This document shows positions 25,201 through 38,547 of a stretch of DNA of 64,000 nt, one piece after another. The stretch lies in NCBI RefSeq assembly GCF_008831285.2, contig NC_045138.2:13950001-14014000 (forward strand), in the 5' to 3' direction. The notes below the pieces were generated by a model, which saw only the letters and a list, made by a program, of their open reading frames with translations, was not told the DNA's origin and made no database searches. This stretch comes from Nymphaea colorata (Eukaryota). The position numbers and the translations under genes were made by a program. Every line of letters starts with the position of its first letter. Position 1 is the stretch's first letter.

Positions 25201-28200
25201 AAGAAATGATGTTCTTTATTAGTAGCCCAATATCTAATTATGATTTTTTTTTTTGGTACTGTTTCTTCTTGATTAGTCTGATATCCAGATATTGCTTTCA
25301 GGTGCACTGTGTTTTAATTTTTGATTTCATGATCATATGTGATTGTAGAACAGATTAATGTGTTCACAGTACAAACCGCCAACACTTACTATATTGGAAA
25401 AATTTTCAGCATGTTTATCTATAATCATGTACAAAATAGAGAGAGAAATTAGGAAAACATGGGATGCTTATTTCTATGTGGTTAAGAAAATTGAGTGAGA
25501 TCATGATTGCACATTTAAAAGGTGAAATCCCTTAACACCATTAGAGAACCATGAGAAGGGTTGTGTTGTTTTGGCAGGACAGTGTCTTTTACAAAGAGTG
25601 GAGCCCCTTAATCCATTTTTTCAGCAATTACAACATATTCTCTAAAATTTCTGTTGCACAAACTCTGGGAAATGTTGATGCCCTGTCATGTACAGGGCAT
25701 TGATGGGGGTGTCGCAGACGTGTCCAGCACAAATGTACGTGCCCTAAAGAACAATATCCAATAATGTGTGTAGTGTGCCCAAGTTGCTTCCTTTTATGTC
25801 ATTTTCTATTTACTTATAAGAGGCTCTTGTGAAACAAATTACATAGCACATTCATTAAACAACTCGTAGATGCATTGTAACTGTTTGTTTCTGTTGTGAA
25901 GCCACTTGAAGATGCAACAAAGACAACAAGTATCATTCTTGAAGCCCTTAAGGATACAGAACAAAGGGGATTAATTGATAGAGGATGGGGCGGCCTTGGC
26001 AATAGTAAGTTTTTTTTAGTTATTTTGTCTCTCAAGTGTTGCCCTGTTGATTTACGTGGATTTAGCAGTCATAGATTTTCTTTTGAGACATTTGCTTTGT
26101 GAATGGCCTTCTTTGAGGCAATGGCTTTCTCATGAATCCTTTAAAGGGCTTGAGCTGGTGCTTATTTCGGAATGAGTCCTAACTTAAGTGTGACTGTTAT
26201 GCTGTTCAAAAGATAGGTTTATCAGTTACTGATCATAAGAACTTGCATGGACTGATACACCATCTGTTCATCCCATGCATCGTAATCTAAGAGTCAGAAA
26301 TTACCATTGAAATCTTTAGTTTGTCATTTATGTGTTTTTCTTGTTAATGCATCATTCTTTAATTTCAAATCTGGAAAATGCCTATAGATACCATAATGGA
26401 TATTATTGCCTTGAAAACATTTCTTCTGAAACAAAAGTACATTGTGCTTCAAGGGTTTCATGTTTGATTTCTGCAAAAGGCATTGTATGTAAGTTCTCAT
26501 ATGTACAAGAACCTCTTTTATTGCATATTTTTCTAATATGTAAGTTATGACTTGGGTTCTTTGATGGATATTGGACATTGAAAGGTTGGAATATTCATAT
26601 ATCTATACATTGAACGTGCACTGTATCCTCTGTCCGATGTAGGTACAAACAGAATGTTAGCATGGATTTCTAGACAATGTGCTGTGTAGTAGTGATATTT
26701 TAGTGTTTTATAGAAATATCATATCTGAATGATTCTTGTGATCCTCCTGAGTTCATGAATTTCGATTATTGTCCAGGGAGGTGACACAAGGATTATAGTT
26801 ATTGTGTTTGGAAGAATATGATCCTAGACACAATTCTGACTGATCGTTATCCATGCACACTCTTCAACCCTTGATTTCTTACTCCTTACAGAATAACTGA
26901 AACACCTAGACATTGTGGCTATTAATGCATCAAGCCACCAGGATCAAGCGTTATCCTCAACTTGATGGGTCCAGCTTCATGAGTACCAAAGACTGACGTC
27001 TAGGTTTTGAAGTTGATAGCTAATAACTCCAACCTCAACCTTTATGCAGCCATGGGACTGTCATTAGTATAAATGCATTGCTTACAGAGTTTCATGTTGC
27101 ATTACATTGCCATGCTGTTTCTGAAACTACTGGTGGTGTAGATATTTTATGAGCAACGTTAGCATTTGGATAAGATCACTTCTGGACACTTCTGGACGCT
27201 GTTGTTAATATTGGTGCATATTGGCCCATATCAGCTATTATGCGTTGTATTTGCAGGCTGTTGATGCAGTAATATGGCCCCCTTCCAGGATAAGCTGATA
27301 GGAGGCCATCAGCCCATATCAGTTAATAAAGCCTGCATGGGAAAGGTGAACTAATGAAAAAATAATTGAAAAATAGCTTAATTGTTGAAGGCTGATATGG
27401 ACGGATGTATATCGCTGATGCACATCTGTTTTGAGGGCGTCTGATATGATTCAAGAAACTGAGGTTCACAACATTGCTTCTAGTGTTCTGAGTCTTCTAT
27501 TATTTCCTCAACAAAAATTGGTCATGGTTGTTGAACAGACTGCCAGCATAATTGATCTGGGACAATTTTGTTCAAGAAGCTATTTCGCAACCGTGTTTTA
27601 TTGTCCTGTTTTCGTATATCAATTTCAAATGGAATTATTTATTCACTTTAATGGTCATGTTGTTAAATTCCATGTTGGTCTTAATGCTTCATGAATTCAT
27701 GTTGTTTTGTATGAGGTTTCCTTAAATCAATCCATATTCGTTTATACTCTTTTTTCAGCTCCAGAAGTTCCAGACAATGTTTTTTTTCTTGAAGACTGCC
27801 CACATGATTGGTTATTCCCTCAGTGTGCTGCAGTGGTGAGATGCTTTGCTTTCACGTTCACTTTCAGATAAGTTGCAATTTGCAACTGTGATTAAGGAAA
27901 ACACGTGCAGTGAAGTCCTGTTATTTATTGTTAAGATAGATGCATGACCTGTACGTATTGAGGTTCACCATCTATGACATTAGTCTTTAGTTGTCCTATG
28001 ATCTTGTGAAATACTATCCATTTACCTCAAACAACATTTACACCTTCCTGTTTTCTGAAATCTGTTCATTTAAACTTGTAGGTCCATCATGGAGGTGCAG
28101 GCACGACAGCTGCAGGATTAAGAGCAGGGGTGAGAGCAACTTTAAGAACTTTGTTTTGACTTTTGAGCCTGCTGAAATGCATCTAACTGAGGTGTTTCAA

Positions 28201-29054
28201 GCCAAAGTTCAAAAACTGTTAATTGAATGTAATCCAAATGAGAAAGCTTGAACCGATTATGAAGGCAGAGAGATCACAAAGAACATGACAAACATAAACA
28301 TATGATCGATTAATTATTAAAATTCACTACACCAAGTATTGGAGATTATGACTGAGGACAGGATAAATCACTTCAAACTCATGATCTCCACACGTGCTAT
28401 TTTTCATTTTCTCTAGCAAGCTTCATTCTATCAAAAAACTTTCCAATGTGGTGATATCATCTTGGTAACGGAGTTGGACTTTTATCTGTTTAATCATCCC
28501 ATGATTGGAACCTTTTCATTCATTCTCTAGAATGCTGTGTCAATATACACTCAAAATATTCTGTCTAGCTTTCAGTACTGGATTTGATAGTTTATATGAT
28601 GGGCCATTTATTTCACCTAGTTTATTTTCTTTACAGTGCCCTACAACTATTGTGCCATTTTTTGGTGACCAGTACTTCTGGGCTGATAGAGTCCATGAGA
28701 AAGGAGTCGGACCTGCACCAATACCTATTTTTGAGCTTTCTGTGGAACGGCTGTCAAGTGCAATCAAATTTATGCTTGATCCGGAGGTAATATAAGAGGA
28801 CACTCTCCCTATCTTGGTTGCTGCACCTTATTTATGTTGACCTCGGTGTTGTGTTGCAGGTAAAACAACTAGCATTGGAACTGGCAAAAGACATTGGAAA
28901 TGAAGATGGTGTTGCCGAAGCCGTAAATGCTTTTCACCATCATTTGCCACCAGAATTGCCATTGCCACCCGTTGCCTTGGAGGAAACGGGAAATCCCTTA
29001 CAGTCGATAATGCTGGCCTTGGAGAAGTGGTGTTGCCTGCCTTGTATCTCTTAG
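13218..29054 (+). CDS. UGT80B1: Sterol 3-beta-glucosyltransferase, UGT80B1-type (14 coding exons)
   Basis: Inferred GT-AG exons with consistent phases: 13218-13431, 14110-14264, 14950-15189, 16169-16280, 16436-16606, 20471-20534, 21866-21923, 22110-22287, 24991-25121, 25902-26004, 27759-27835, 28082-28129, 28637-28786, 28860-29054. Motifs: IAMLVVGTRGDVQPF, GHHVRLATH, IIANPPAYGHVHVAEALGVP, YIGFGSM, PHDWLFPQC, VHHGGAGTTAAGLRAG, PFFGDQ. The N-terminal GLEHCKTAP and C-terminal WCCLPC fit the B1 clade. Confidence 0.93.
17103..18277. mobile_element. Non-autonomous PIF/Harbinger (Tourist-like) element
   Basis: TIRs GGGGCCGTTTGATGGC / GCCAACCAAACGCCCCC, with a TAA target-site duplication at 17100-17102 and 18278-18280. 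It holds purine-rich (17270-17380) and pyrimidine-rich (17710-18085) simple repeats. Confidence 0.85.
18941..19121. repeat. Local direct duplication (~78 bp x2)
   Basis: GATGATTGAACAAGAAATATTAAGA.TATAAGGAAGAATGCCTCATTTACTGACTTATTTCATAAGAAACTCTAAGC occurs twice. Confidence 0.85.
22501..24532. mobile_element. GC-rich LTR-retrotransposon-like remnant in UGT80B1 intron
   Basis: Diverged direct repeats at ~22540-22768 and ~24307-24511 (ATTGCAAAGGAAAAT.GGG ... GGATCCAGCCCACTAAG). The right end is TGCATCA and the interior is GC-rich with no recognisable gag/pol. Confidence 0.5.
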
Positions 29055-29501
29055 CTGTGTTCTTGATTTGAAGAATTTGGTATGTATTCTTTTGTTGTTC
29101 TTTCATCACCTGGTTTTGAAGGTTTTTTGTATATGTATTTGTATGGAGTTTGTCACAATAAACATGGAAGCTCCTAGGTGCTTCTTGTCAAGAATTTCAA
29201 TTATAGAAAAATTTCTCCTTTTGTTTCTGCTATGATGTAAAAGAATGTAGATACTGGCCTGAAAATGATTCATGATATTGTTTCCGCTATTGAAAGTTGT
29301 GTCACTTCTGGGGTGGGTTTCAAATTTTTATTGAATTTCATATTCGATGTCAGTAGTTGGCGCAAGCATCATTGTCCGAATGAGTATGGACATTGCAGGG
29401 GTTGCTGATTGATATGGAATTGTTGCCTATAATTATGAGGGTTATCCTCCCTTTATTTTATTTATGAAACACCTAATAGAACGAAAGAAAAACTGCTTGG
29501 T

Positions 29502-29676
29502 AGTTAACTTTAGTACCGGCCAGCATTGCTTTTGCTGTGTCTCTTTTTGCCTCTCTCTTTAGTTTGCAAATACAATTTGGTGGCAGAAGTTAACTTTAGT
29601 ACCGGCCAGCATTGCTTTTGCCGTGTCCCTTTTTGCCTCTCTCTTTAGTTTGCAAATACAATTTGGTGGCAGAAGA
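29502..29676. repeat. Tandem duplication (86 bp x2)
   Basis: AGTTAACTTTAGTACCGGCCAGC...GGTGGCAGA is repeated with two substitutions. Confidence 0.9.
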
Positions 29677-29755
29677 ATTGTCCTCCTTTTGGTTATGGAC
29701 TGTGTTGGCATTGGGAGGTGTTTAATCAAGGAGCTTTTCAAGCTTGCACATAAAT

Positions 29756-30162
29756 TAGGGATGTCAATAAATATTGTTTAGATCCAATATTCGATAGCTT
29801 TAAGAAAAAAGTCAAATGTAGAAAAAATTTTAACATCCAATTAAGAAATGGGATATGATTTGGATTTGAGAAATTACACGCGATTCGATTTCATTTAAAT
29901 GAAATTTCATTTTAAATAATTGCCCCATATTCAATGTCTACATTTTGAAAGTCCACTCACAATATGTTTTACTGCAGTATTGGTTTGGTGTAAATGTCGG
30001 ATTCAGAATCAGATGTGAATTTAAAAATTCGATTCGGATATGATTCATATTGTGTGATTTCGGATTTTGATGGGTATAAACTTTTCTTCGTTCATAGTTG
30101 GATCGGAGCTCGATATGGTTAAGAAGACATTTGAATTCAATCCGATCCATTAGGCATCCTTA
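29756..30162. mobile_element. hAT-like MITE (same family as 7329-7758)
   Basis: Starts TAGGGATGTCAA, ends CCGATCCATTAGGCATCCTTA, and has the same internal motifs. Confidence 0.6.
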
Positions 30163-33100
30163 ACAAGAACAATAAAAAGTACTTCAGGCCCGAACGCTCC
30201 ATATAATGGTAAATTAATGAACCAATATAACTACCTGGCTGGGTGCTTGGACGTAAGATTTTCCATGTAATGGAGGTCGTATTCAAATTTTGAAGTGCAT
30301 TTCTTGGAATAAACTGATATGCCTAATCTCAGCTTATTAATAAAAAAGGCTAAGGTAACTAAGAAATTTCTACAACAAAAGTCTTAATACTACTCTTTAG
30401 AAAATATTGAGTAAGAAAGCAAAGATCAATTGTCATTAGCCTTCTCTTTGTAGTTTGGATCCGCGTAACCTCTGTCTGCTAAAAGAAATAAATAAAATGT
30501 TTTAAAATATCTTTGCGCTCTTAATATCATAACCAAACTTGAAGTTGGTCATGCCTTCAAAATATCGTTCCGACATTTGAAATGCCTCAATAAATGAAAT
30601 TTACAAGCTAATAGGCTAGTAGAATAAAACCGTCAAAAAGCTTTTAATTGTTATTATTTTCTATAGCCTTAGTACTGTAGAGATATAATTAGACCAAAGT
30701 TAGTCATATTTAGATTTCAAACATACTTTGAATGCCTCTTGATCATGTTTCTGAAAATTAAAGTCCCTTAATGTTTTATAATAAGTTCAAGAGAAAACAA
30801 TACATCAGATCCTATCTTGGCCATGAATGCGGCCTTAGCAAGTGGCCTATATGATGATGACTTTCTCCTAAATTTTTCAACATAGCGGCTCCGAAAGGAG
30901 CTCCCCTTTGAAATTTGACGGTGTATCACCTACCAATGCACGACAATTTCGTTGTGAAGCTGAAAATATTTGTTATCTTTAAGCTTGATTTTTTTTTTTA
31001 TTATTATTTTTGAGTTTCTCTTGAATTGTTACAGAATGCTGCACGGTGCATTTTCCTAACATTATAATGCTATATATATATATATATAATGTTCTTCATG
31101 TTTGAAATTCGTGAACGCTTAACTACCATCGTTGATTTATAAGTGAGAGATTTCGGTTAAGTCTTGAGGTTTTCTTTCATGTCTACCTGCTTATCCACTG
31201 GGGATCTGCGAGTCAGCTGGATCTCGATTGACCAGTACTGGTCAAAATTTTTTGAGGCAGTTAGCCAGATCTGGATCTGGACCTGCGGTGGTTATGAATC
31301 TGCGAGGTTGGTACTTGCGGGTTCCACAAGATTCACAAGAAAAATGCATTGAAATGGCTTACAGTCTGGTTATTTTGTGAGGGATTTGAATTTCAAATGA
31401 ACCAATCTGATGATGCTATTAGATCATCATGGGCACTGTGTAGGAGAGGGCAATAGGTCTGGTATGTCTCAATGGATTTCTTTTAGACGGGTCCGCAGCT
31501 CGGAACCCAATAAGGCCCGGCTCAGAGCAACCAGGAAGATAAACTTGACCGCACCCATCAGTAGGGACTAACCTATAGGCCAACTGAAGCCTGACCAGGT
31601 TCGCTCTGGGTAGTCCTGATCTGGACTCACTCAGTCCCTAGCTGAAACCGAACCCAAATAGCTCAGGTCAGGCTGTTGGTGAGTAAGGACTCAGATGCGG
31701 ACTGCCATTCGGGTTCGAGTCCGGGTTAGGCTAGCCCCTTGGCTGCCCTGTATTCCTTTGACCTAATTAGCACTAGCACTGCAAATTCCAAGCTAAGATT
31801 GTGAACTTAAATACTCGGTCAAGCGAAGACCAGACCCAAAAAAAATTGAATTGTACGAGCAAACTTGACTTTCTTGCACCCATGCAGATGTCATCAGATT
31901 TCCAAAACTTGCGGGAGATTCCGGCTTATTTCCTTTGAACTTCAATAATTTGAGCTTCATTTTATCTTATTCTATTGAGGCAAAGACACATTTTCAAACA
32001 TACTTCCAGTGATTGCTGGCATCTTAGGTCCAACTTTACCAAACTATTCGGTTGTTTTATAAAAACATTTGATTTCAATTTGCTCAAATATTGAAGAGAC
32101 CATGAATGATCAGGCTAAGTCACCTACATATGGTTGACCAAAATGTTAAATATCGATAATCAGCACCATATCCGTTTGCTCAATGATATGCACAGTCCAC
32201 GTTATTGATTTAAAAATTAGTTAAAAGCATTTTAAATTGCCTAAATAATGAAAACAAATATAAGCATGTATCGACCAGCATGTATTTTTTCTCGATCGTC
32301 ATTTTGGAGGTGCAAAAACTAAAAGTGATATGTTTTATACCAAGTCTGAAATGGAACCGATACATTTTTCTGCATATAGGTAATTTGGTATAATATTGAA
32401 ACATGTATCGGATTATAACCTTGTCACAATCGGTCCCATAATTGAATAAAGAAGTCCTCAGACTCAACATTTTCCACTTCAAACTTAAAAGATATCTTCA
32501 GTGCCGCAGCTGCCACATTTCCAGATCTACGACATCGATCTAAATCCAATGTTGGTAGCTGCAGTATGGAATTCAAATTCACAATGCAACTTCAAGTTGT
32601 TTGCTTGTGCAGTTACAAAGACCAAATTCGCTGGCAACTCCAATGGAAAATGAGCGGCTTTGTTGAAACCTTTTCCAGATTGATTCAGCAAAATTGACAA
32701 ACCAAACTTGGTCAAAAGATAAAAACTTCAAATTTTCTGTCAAAAAGAAAAAAAAAAAAAACGGAACAAGAAAGACCATTTTTTGGCATCATTCATGAAA
32801 CTTGAAGCATATGCAGATAAACCCAACATCCAAATGCCGCAAGAAAGAAAGAGAGAGAGAGGGAAGAGAAAGATGTGAACAATTTGGATTCAGACTGTTT
32901 AATTACGTGGGAAATCGAACTTGGTAGAGGGAAAACCAAAAAAATCTGAAAACCACATACCTAGTGTTTGAATTCCTGCTAGAAAAAAGCCATGAAAAAA
33001 TCTGCTGTTCAAGCTAAAATTGGACCAAGATGGCTTATGGACTTAGGCAGCACAGGTTTCTACATATGGAGATTTCCAATATATGGAGACCGTTTTAAGA

Positions 33101-34164
33101 AGTTTAACATTTTAAGATACAGAAAATATATCTATAATTAGTTTAATAGACATATTAAAACCTTTTAAAATTACAAAATTCGACCTAAAATCTTTGGTTG
33201 TCATCGATGCTGGAAATGCTTGTTTGCTTTCTAGTTTTATTGTCCCTCAAAGGCGTAAAACTGCCCCATAACAAATCAGAAACTGTCTCAGATCAGAACA
33301 ATTCAAAAGATTGAATTAAAAAATGCACACGGTAACGCGAGAAAAATATAAGAAAAATAACAGTTTACTTTGAGATAAATGAGAAACTACCAGGCTTAAT
33401 CAATGGAAGCATTCCATCGCTTCAATCTCCGACCCGCCTAATTGGGTCAATTCAAATTGATTTTAGCAGCACTTCTTATGATAATGCAACTTGAAGCAAT
33501 CCAGCTTTGTCATTCGTTCAGCTTGCTTACCGAAAGGGAAAAAGGAGAATAATGTAAGCTTTGGTCGAGTCGCCATTAGACCCCACATATAAAGCGAAGT
33601 CCTTCTCTTCTTCAGTGAGAAGAAGGAAAAAAAAAAAAAACTAGGGTTTTGGTTAGACTGTTAGGTGAGCCAGATCATCGTTCATCACTAATTGGCTGAC
33701 TCCATTGCTACCCAGTTCTTCTTTTATACTATTTCAACTTTAGAGCATCATAATTGAGCAACTGCTTACTTGTTTCCGAGGTGTTCTTCGTTCTTTAACA
33801 CATCATCATGACTAAGAAAGAATTATAAAAGAAATATCACTTTTTCCGCTTGCTTCCTTTTTGTCATCTGCTTTTTAGTTGGAACAAAAAAGATTACAGA
33901 AGTGGGGAAAAGGTGCATTTTATTGCAGGTCTTTCTTTAATCCCCAACGAAGGTCTTACTTTTGACTCTCAAAATGGTTCCAAGTCTCATATCTTGAGCG
34001 CCATTACCTCTATGAATGAAGTAGTGTGATCCATTTTCACTTTAAAAAACTATGTCAAGAAGCATAGTAGCTGGTTGAACTCGAACTGGGGAAGTAATAT
34101 AAGGCTGGTCGTCGGTTTTATTCTCATGGGAACTACGTTCATTAAATTGAAAACAGTGAGCATG

Positions 34165-34309
34165 ACGCTTAGTTAAAGAGTGTCTCACTTCCTACTCAGG
34201 TCGCAGTACGCTTAGTTAAAGAGTGTCTCACTTCCTACCAGGTCGCAGTTTTCAACGCTTAGTTAAAGAGTGTCTCACTTCCTACTCAGGTCGCACTGCA
34301 GTTTTCAAC
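34165..34309. repeat. Tandem repeat, 43-47 bp x3
   Basis: ACGCTTAGTTAAAGAGTGTCTCACTTCCTAC(T)CAGGTCGCA at 34165, 34208 and 34255. Confidence 0.9.
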
Positions 34310-35180
34310 TTCGAGGGTGCTGAAGTTTAGCCTCACTGAGATATCACCATCTTCCCCTCAACCCACAAAACTTTAAAAACTATATTATACATATACGCGC
34401 TATTTTGAGTTCGTCATTATTGCCAACATAGTTTGAATAGTTAAAAAATGGTCAAATTGGACGTGGTCAGGTTCCTCACCACCATTTCTACTTTAAAAGG
34501 TCAAATTGTCTGTAGTTGCTTTCTTGAGTCCCACATTAATATATTAAGAACTTATAGTATAACTCTTATAACGTGAGATAAACTATACACGAATGCAGTC
34601 AGACTCAAGCTTACACTTTAAATTTTAAGCATATACATTAAAATACATGGTTATTTATATTGAAACTGGAATTAACCAGCCATGTCGCCATTCAATGTTA
34701 AAAGTATTGGTATTGGCGCTGTATCGGTCAACACGCTGTATCAGAACGTAAGATCCGAAGCTTATATTTGACCAGGTAGAAGTGGAGCTTTATAGGAATC
34801 CAATTGAATATTCGACACAAATTCAAATTCAGATAAGGTACTGCATCTCAATTCTGATTAATAAATAAATATGAATTTCTTTATGAGGCACAGCCAAATG
34901 GTTCCCAATTCGGATTCATAACATTTATATTCTTAACTGCCCATCTTTATTCAAAGCTAAATTCAACCCCAAATCCTAAAAGAAATGAATCAGAAAAATG
35001 CCACCATTGTTGGCACCGTCCTCTTTGCCGATGGACCCATTCGTCCATGTTGTTTTCCGGTGAGTCTAAAACCATTTGCTGATGGCCCCATTCATCTATG
35101 TTGTTTTCCGGTGCATTTGCTACTTTTTTGTTACAACTTAAAGGACAAATAATACCTCTCTTTAAGATAAAAGGGCACCC

Positions 35181-35186
<6 letters not shown>

Positions 35187-35245
<59 letters not shown>

Positions 35246-35260
35246 GATATATATATATAC
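35187..35260. repeat. Compound (CT)n(AT)n microsatellite
   Basis: Read directly from the sequence. Confidence 0.9.
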
Positions 35261-35955
35261 ACACCATGAGTCTTATGTGGCTTGCAAACTTTTGATTCCT
35301 TGCCGACTCAGCCATCATATGCGGACCTTTCTTTTTTCAATTTTTAACTAAAGAATTCCGGTGTCTTTATTGCATTTTAATGAAAGAACATGTCATTTAA
35401 CTATAAAAGCATGCTGTTGCTTAGAGGAAGAAAACGTTCTTCGAAAATACTTATTAGTCTTTTTTACGATAAACTAATAATGGGTATCTGGTTTTCTTAA
35501 TTTTTTCAAACTGGGACTATTATGTAGTTATTTTATAAAGTTCTTCCTTGGAAGTTTACAGTAAATTACTAAAATTCCAGTGCTATAGAAATTTGAGAAT
35601 GTGAGGCACATATCTAAATGAATTTCTGAAGGAACATTTTCCTGACCACGTCCTCGACACCGATCGTTGCTTGCTCTCCCTCTTTCTCCCACCCCACCAT
35701 GGTGACGATGTCTGAGGAGGTCGAGGACGTCATCATCGATGTCCTTGCTTCGAAGGGCACCTTTCCTGGACTTTTCACTCCCATTCACCAAACCCCGCGG
35801 TACCATCAAATTTCGAAATATTTCTCTCTCTCGCTCTCTCTCTCTCTCCTCCTTTCGCCTCCACACGTCTTTATTTTCCTTGTTCAACCGTGGGGGAAGA
35901 AAGAGAGAAACTAAATCCTTCTTGCTTTCTTCCTAACTAAGAAGACACCTGCGAG

Positions 35956-38499
35956 ATGGTAGCAAAGGAGCTCGACTACTATGAAATTCTCGGCGTCTCA
36001 AGAACCGCCACGGAGGCGGAGATCAAGAAGGCATACTACATCAAGGTGAAGGGGGCTTCTTATTTATTGTTTTTCACCCCTGCCCTTTCTTCGATTCAGT
36101 GGCGGTTGGTTTTTGTAATTTCAGTTTGGCGTTCTGGCGTTTCTTGCTACTTTGAGTTGTTGGCCTTCTTTTTCTCCGTTGCTTTATGGCCCGGAGACCA
36201 CAAACCTGGCTTGGATTTCTGGGTAACAAATATTCTGAGGGACTGTTGTTGAGTTTTTGGTTTTGATGGAGATGCGACGTTGTGTGGAATTATTCGTCAA
36301 ATTCTTTACTGTAGGTGTAACTTGAATTTTGGAAATTTAACATGGATCTGAGCTCCATCAACTATTGTTATTTAAAGGAGGAGAATACAGTATGGATGAA
36401 CTCGGCTGGTTTTCTGAATTTCCTTCTTCGAAAATGATTTGCAAGGTCCAAACTACTGTTACTCCAGCACCATGTTGAATGCTATAAGGCTAGAGTCTGT
36501 TTATAAGATTACTCATGCTACGATTGAGAAATGTAAAAGTATTGAGAAATTCACTGTCTGGAGAAATTTAATCATTCTCTGCGAGGTCTTTCTGTTGTTT
36601 GACAATTTTTACTTGTTTATTGGGGGATTGAGAAATTAGGCAAAAGCAGCTATCCTGCACCTCTTTTAGTTTATAGCAGTCCTCAATTTTTCATCTGCAA
36701 TTTTTTCCAGCACCGAAAGAATGGGTTATGCCCGTTTCGTACATTGTTTGGTTGATTCTATAGATATTGCTTTAATTGGACAAGTCTTTGCTCGACTTAC
36801 TAAAAGTTGTATTTGCCTATGAAAGCAGGCAAGGAAAGTCCATCCGGACAAAAATCCAAACGATCCTGAGGCAGCTGAGAAGTTCCAGGTAAGTTGTAGT
36901 TACAACCGCCTGGCTTGTCCTAAGGACTTGAATTATCAGTTGAATTTTGTAATAGTACTGCTATCATATTATTGTGTAGCAACTGTGGTTCATGTTTTGG
37001 AACCTTTCTGCATTCAGGCACTAGGAGAAGCTTATCAAGTCTTGAGTGATCCAACGAAACGAGATATATATGATAGCTTTGGAAAGTCTAGCATATCCAA
37101 GTAAGATCCGTACTCGGGTAACTAAGACTATGTTTCTTTTGCATACTTACACTCGCAAACACCCACAGCTTTGTATGTTCAAATATGTGACAGTCGCACA
37201 GATTGAAGTTGGAAAAAACCAATGGCCCATTGTTGCAAATCTTGATAACATACACGTGCATATCCTTTGTCAGTTAGGCTGTTATCATAATTGTGTATTT
37301 TATATAGTTTCAAATATTGTGCTAAGTACAAGGGAAGCTTACATTCTGTGGTTGTTTCAAGATCACATTTTAAATGAGATTATTTTCCTATTAGGGAGGG
37401 TATGCTTGATCCAGCAACAATATTTACTGTACTATTTGGGAGTGAAGAATTCCATGATTACATTGGACAGCTTGCAATGGCTTCAATGGCATCATTTGAG
37501 ATGTTCGATGAAGGAGAAAATATTGATATCAAGAAAATTCAGGAGCAAATGAAGGTATATGATGATGGACTAATTGTTGTGCTGATTGTTGCATAGCATC
37601 ATTAAAGTTTTTCTTAAATGTTTCCTTTTGGGTGTTGTTAGTGAGGAACTTGAGTCTAGCATACTTTTCCTATATAATGATGGACTAATTGTTGTGCTGA
37701 TTGTTGCATAGCATCATTAAAGTTTTTCTTAAATGTTTCCTTTTGGGTGTTGTTAGTGAGGAACTTGAGTCTAGCATACTTTTCCTATATAATTGTCATC
37801 CAATAATAATTTATAAATTAAATATTAAATTGTATTGAGTGTTTCTATTACACTTTTTTCATTTAAATTTTGCATTCACATCTCATGTTTGTATTGTACC
37901 TTTGTCTGTTTACACCTGACATTGATTAAATCCTGTTTTTTCTGGTATATATGTTGTTTTATGTCAACTTTGATCCCCCATCCCCTCCCCTCCCCACCAA
38001 CCCCCACCGCCCACCAAAAAAAAAAAGGGTACTTACCTGATACCTCGATGTACTTCTCCTTGTATCAAGTTGAGTTTTTGCTTATTTCAGGCTATCCAAG
38101 GCGAAAGGGAAGAAAAACTTGCATGTGCATTAATAGACTTTCTTCGTCCATATGTGAATGGTGATATAGAAAGTTTCATCAATCATGCAGAGTCCGAAGT
38201 TGAAAGGTTGAAATTTGCTGGTAAGAGTCCATCTTTATAACATTTAGCATGAAGGTTGATTACTTGTGATCACTGATTACTTATTTATTTACTTTTGCAG
38301 CCTTTGGTATCGAGATACTGCGTACAATTGGCTATATATATGTAAGACAAGCAGCGAAAGAGCTAGGCAAGAAAGCAATTTATCTTGGGGTTCCATTTTT
38401 GGCTGAATGGTTCAGGAACAAAGGTCATCTTTTGAAGTCACAGGTCACAGCAGCGAGTGGTATATTTGATTTTCACGAGATTCTTTAGATGCACTTTGC

Positions 38500-38547
<48 letters not shown>

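Noticed and set aside
34165..34309. CRISPR-like array
   Set aside because: The repeats abut with no unique spacers, there are no cas genes, and the context is eukaryotic.
34527..34540. GTCCCACAT USE-like motif (also at ~13614)
   Set aside because: No snRNA-like sequence follows. This motif is also common in LTR remnants or arises by chance.
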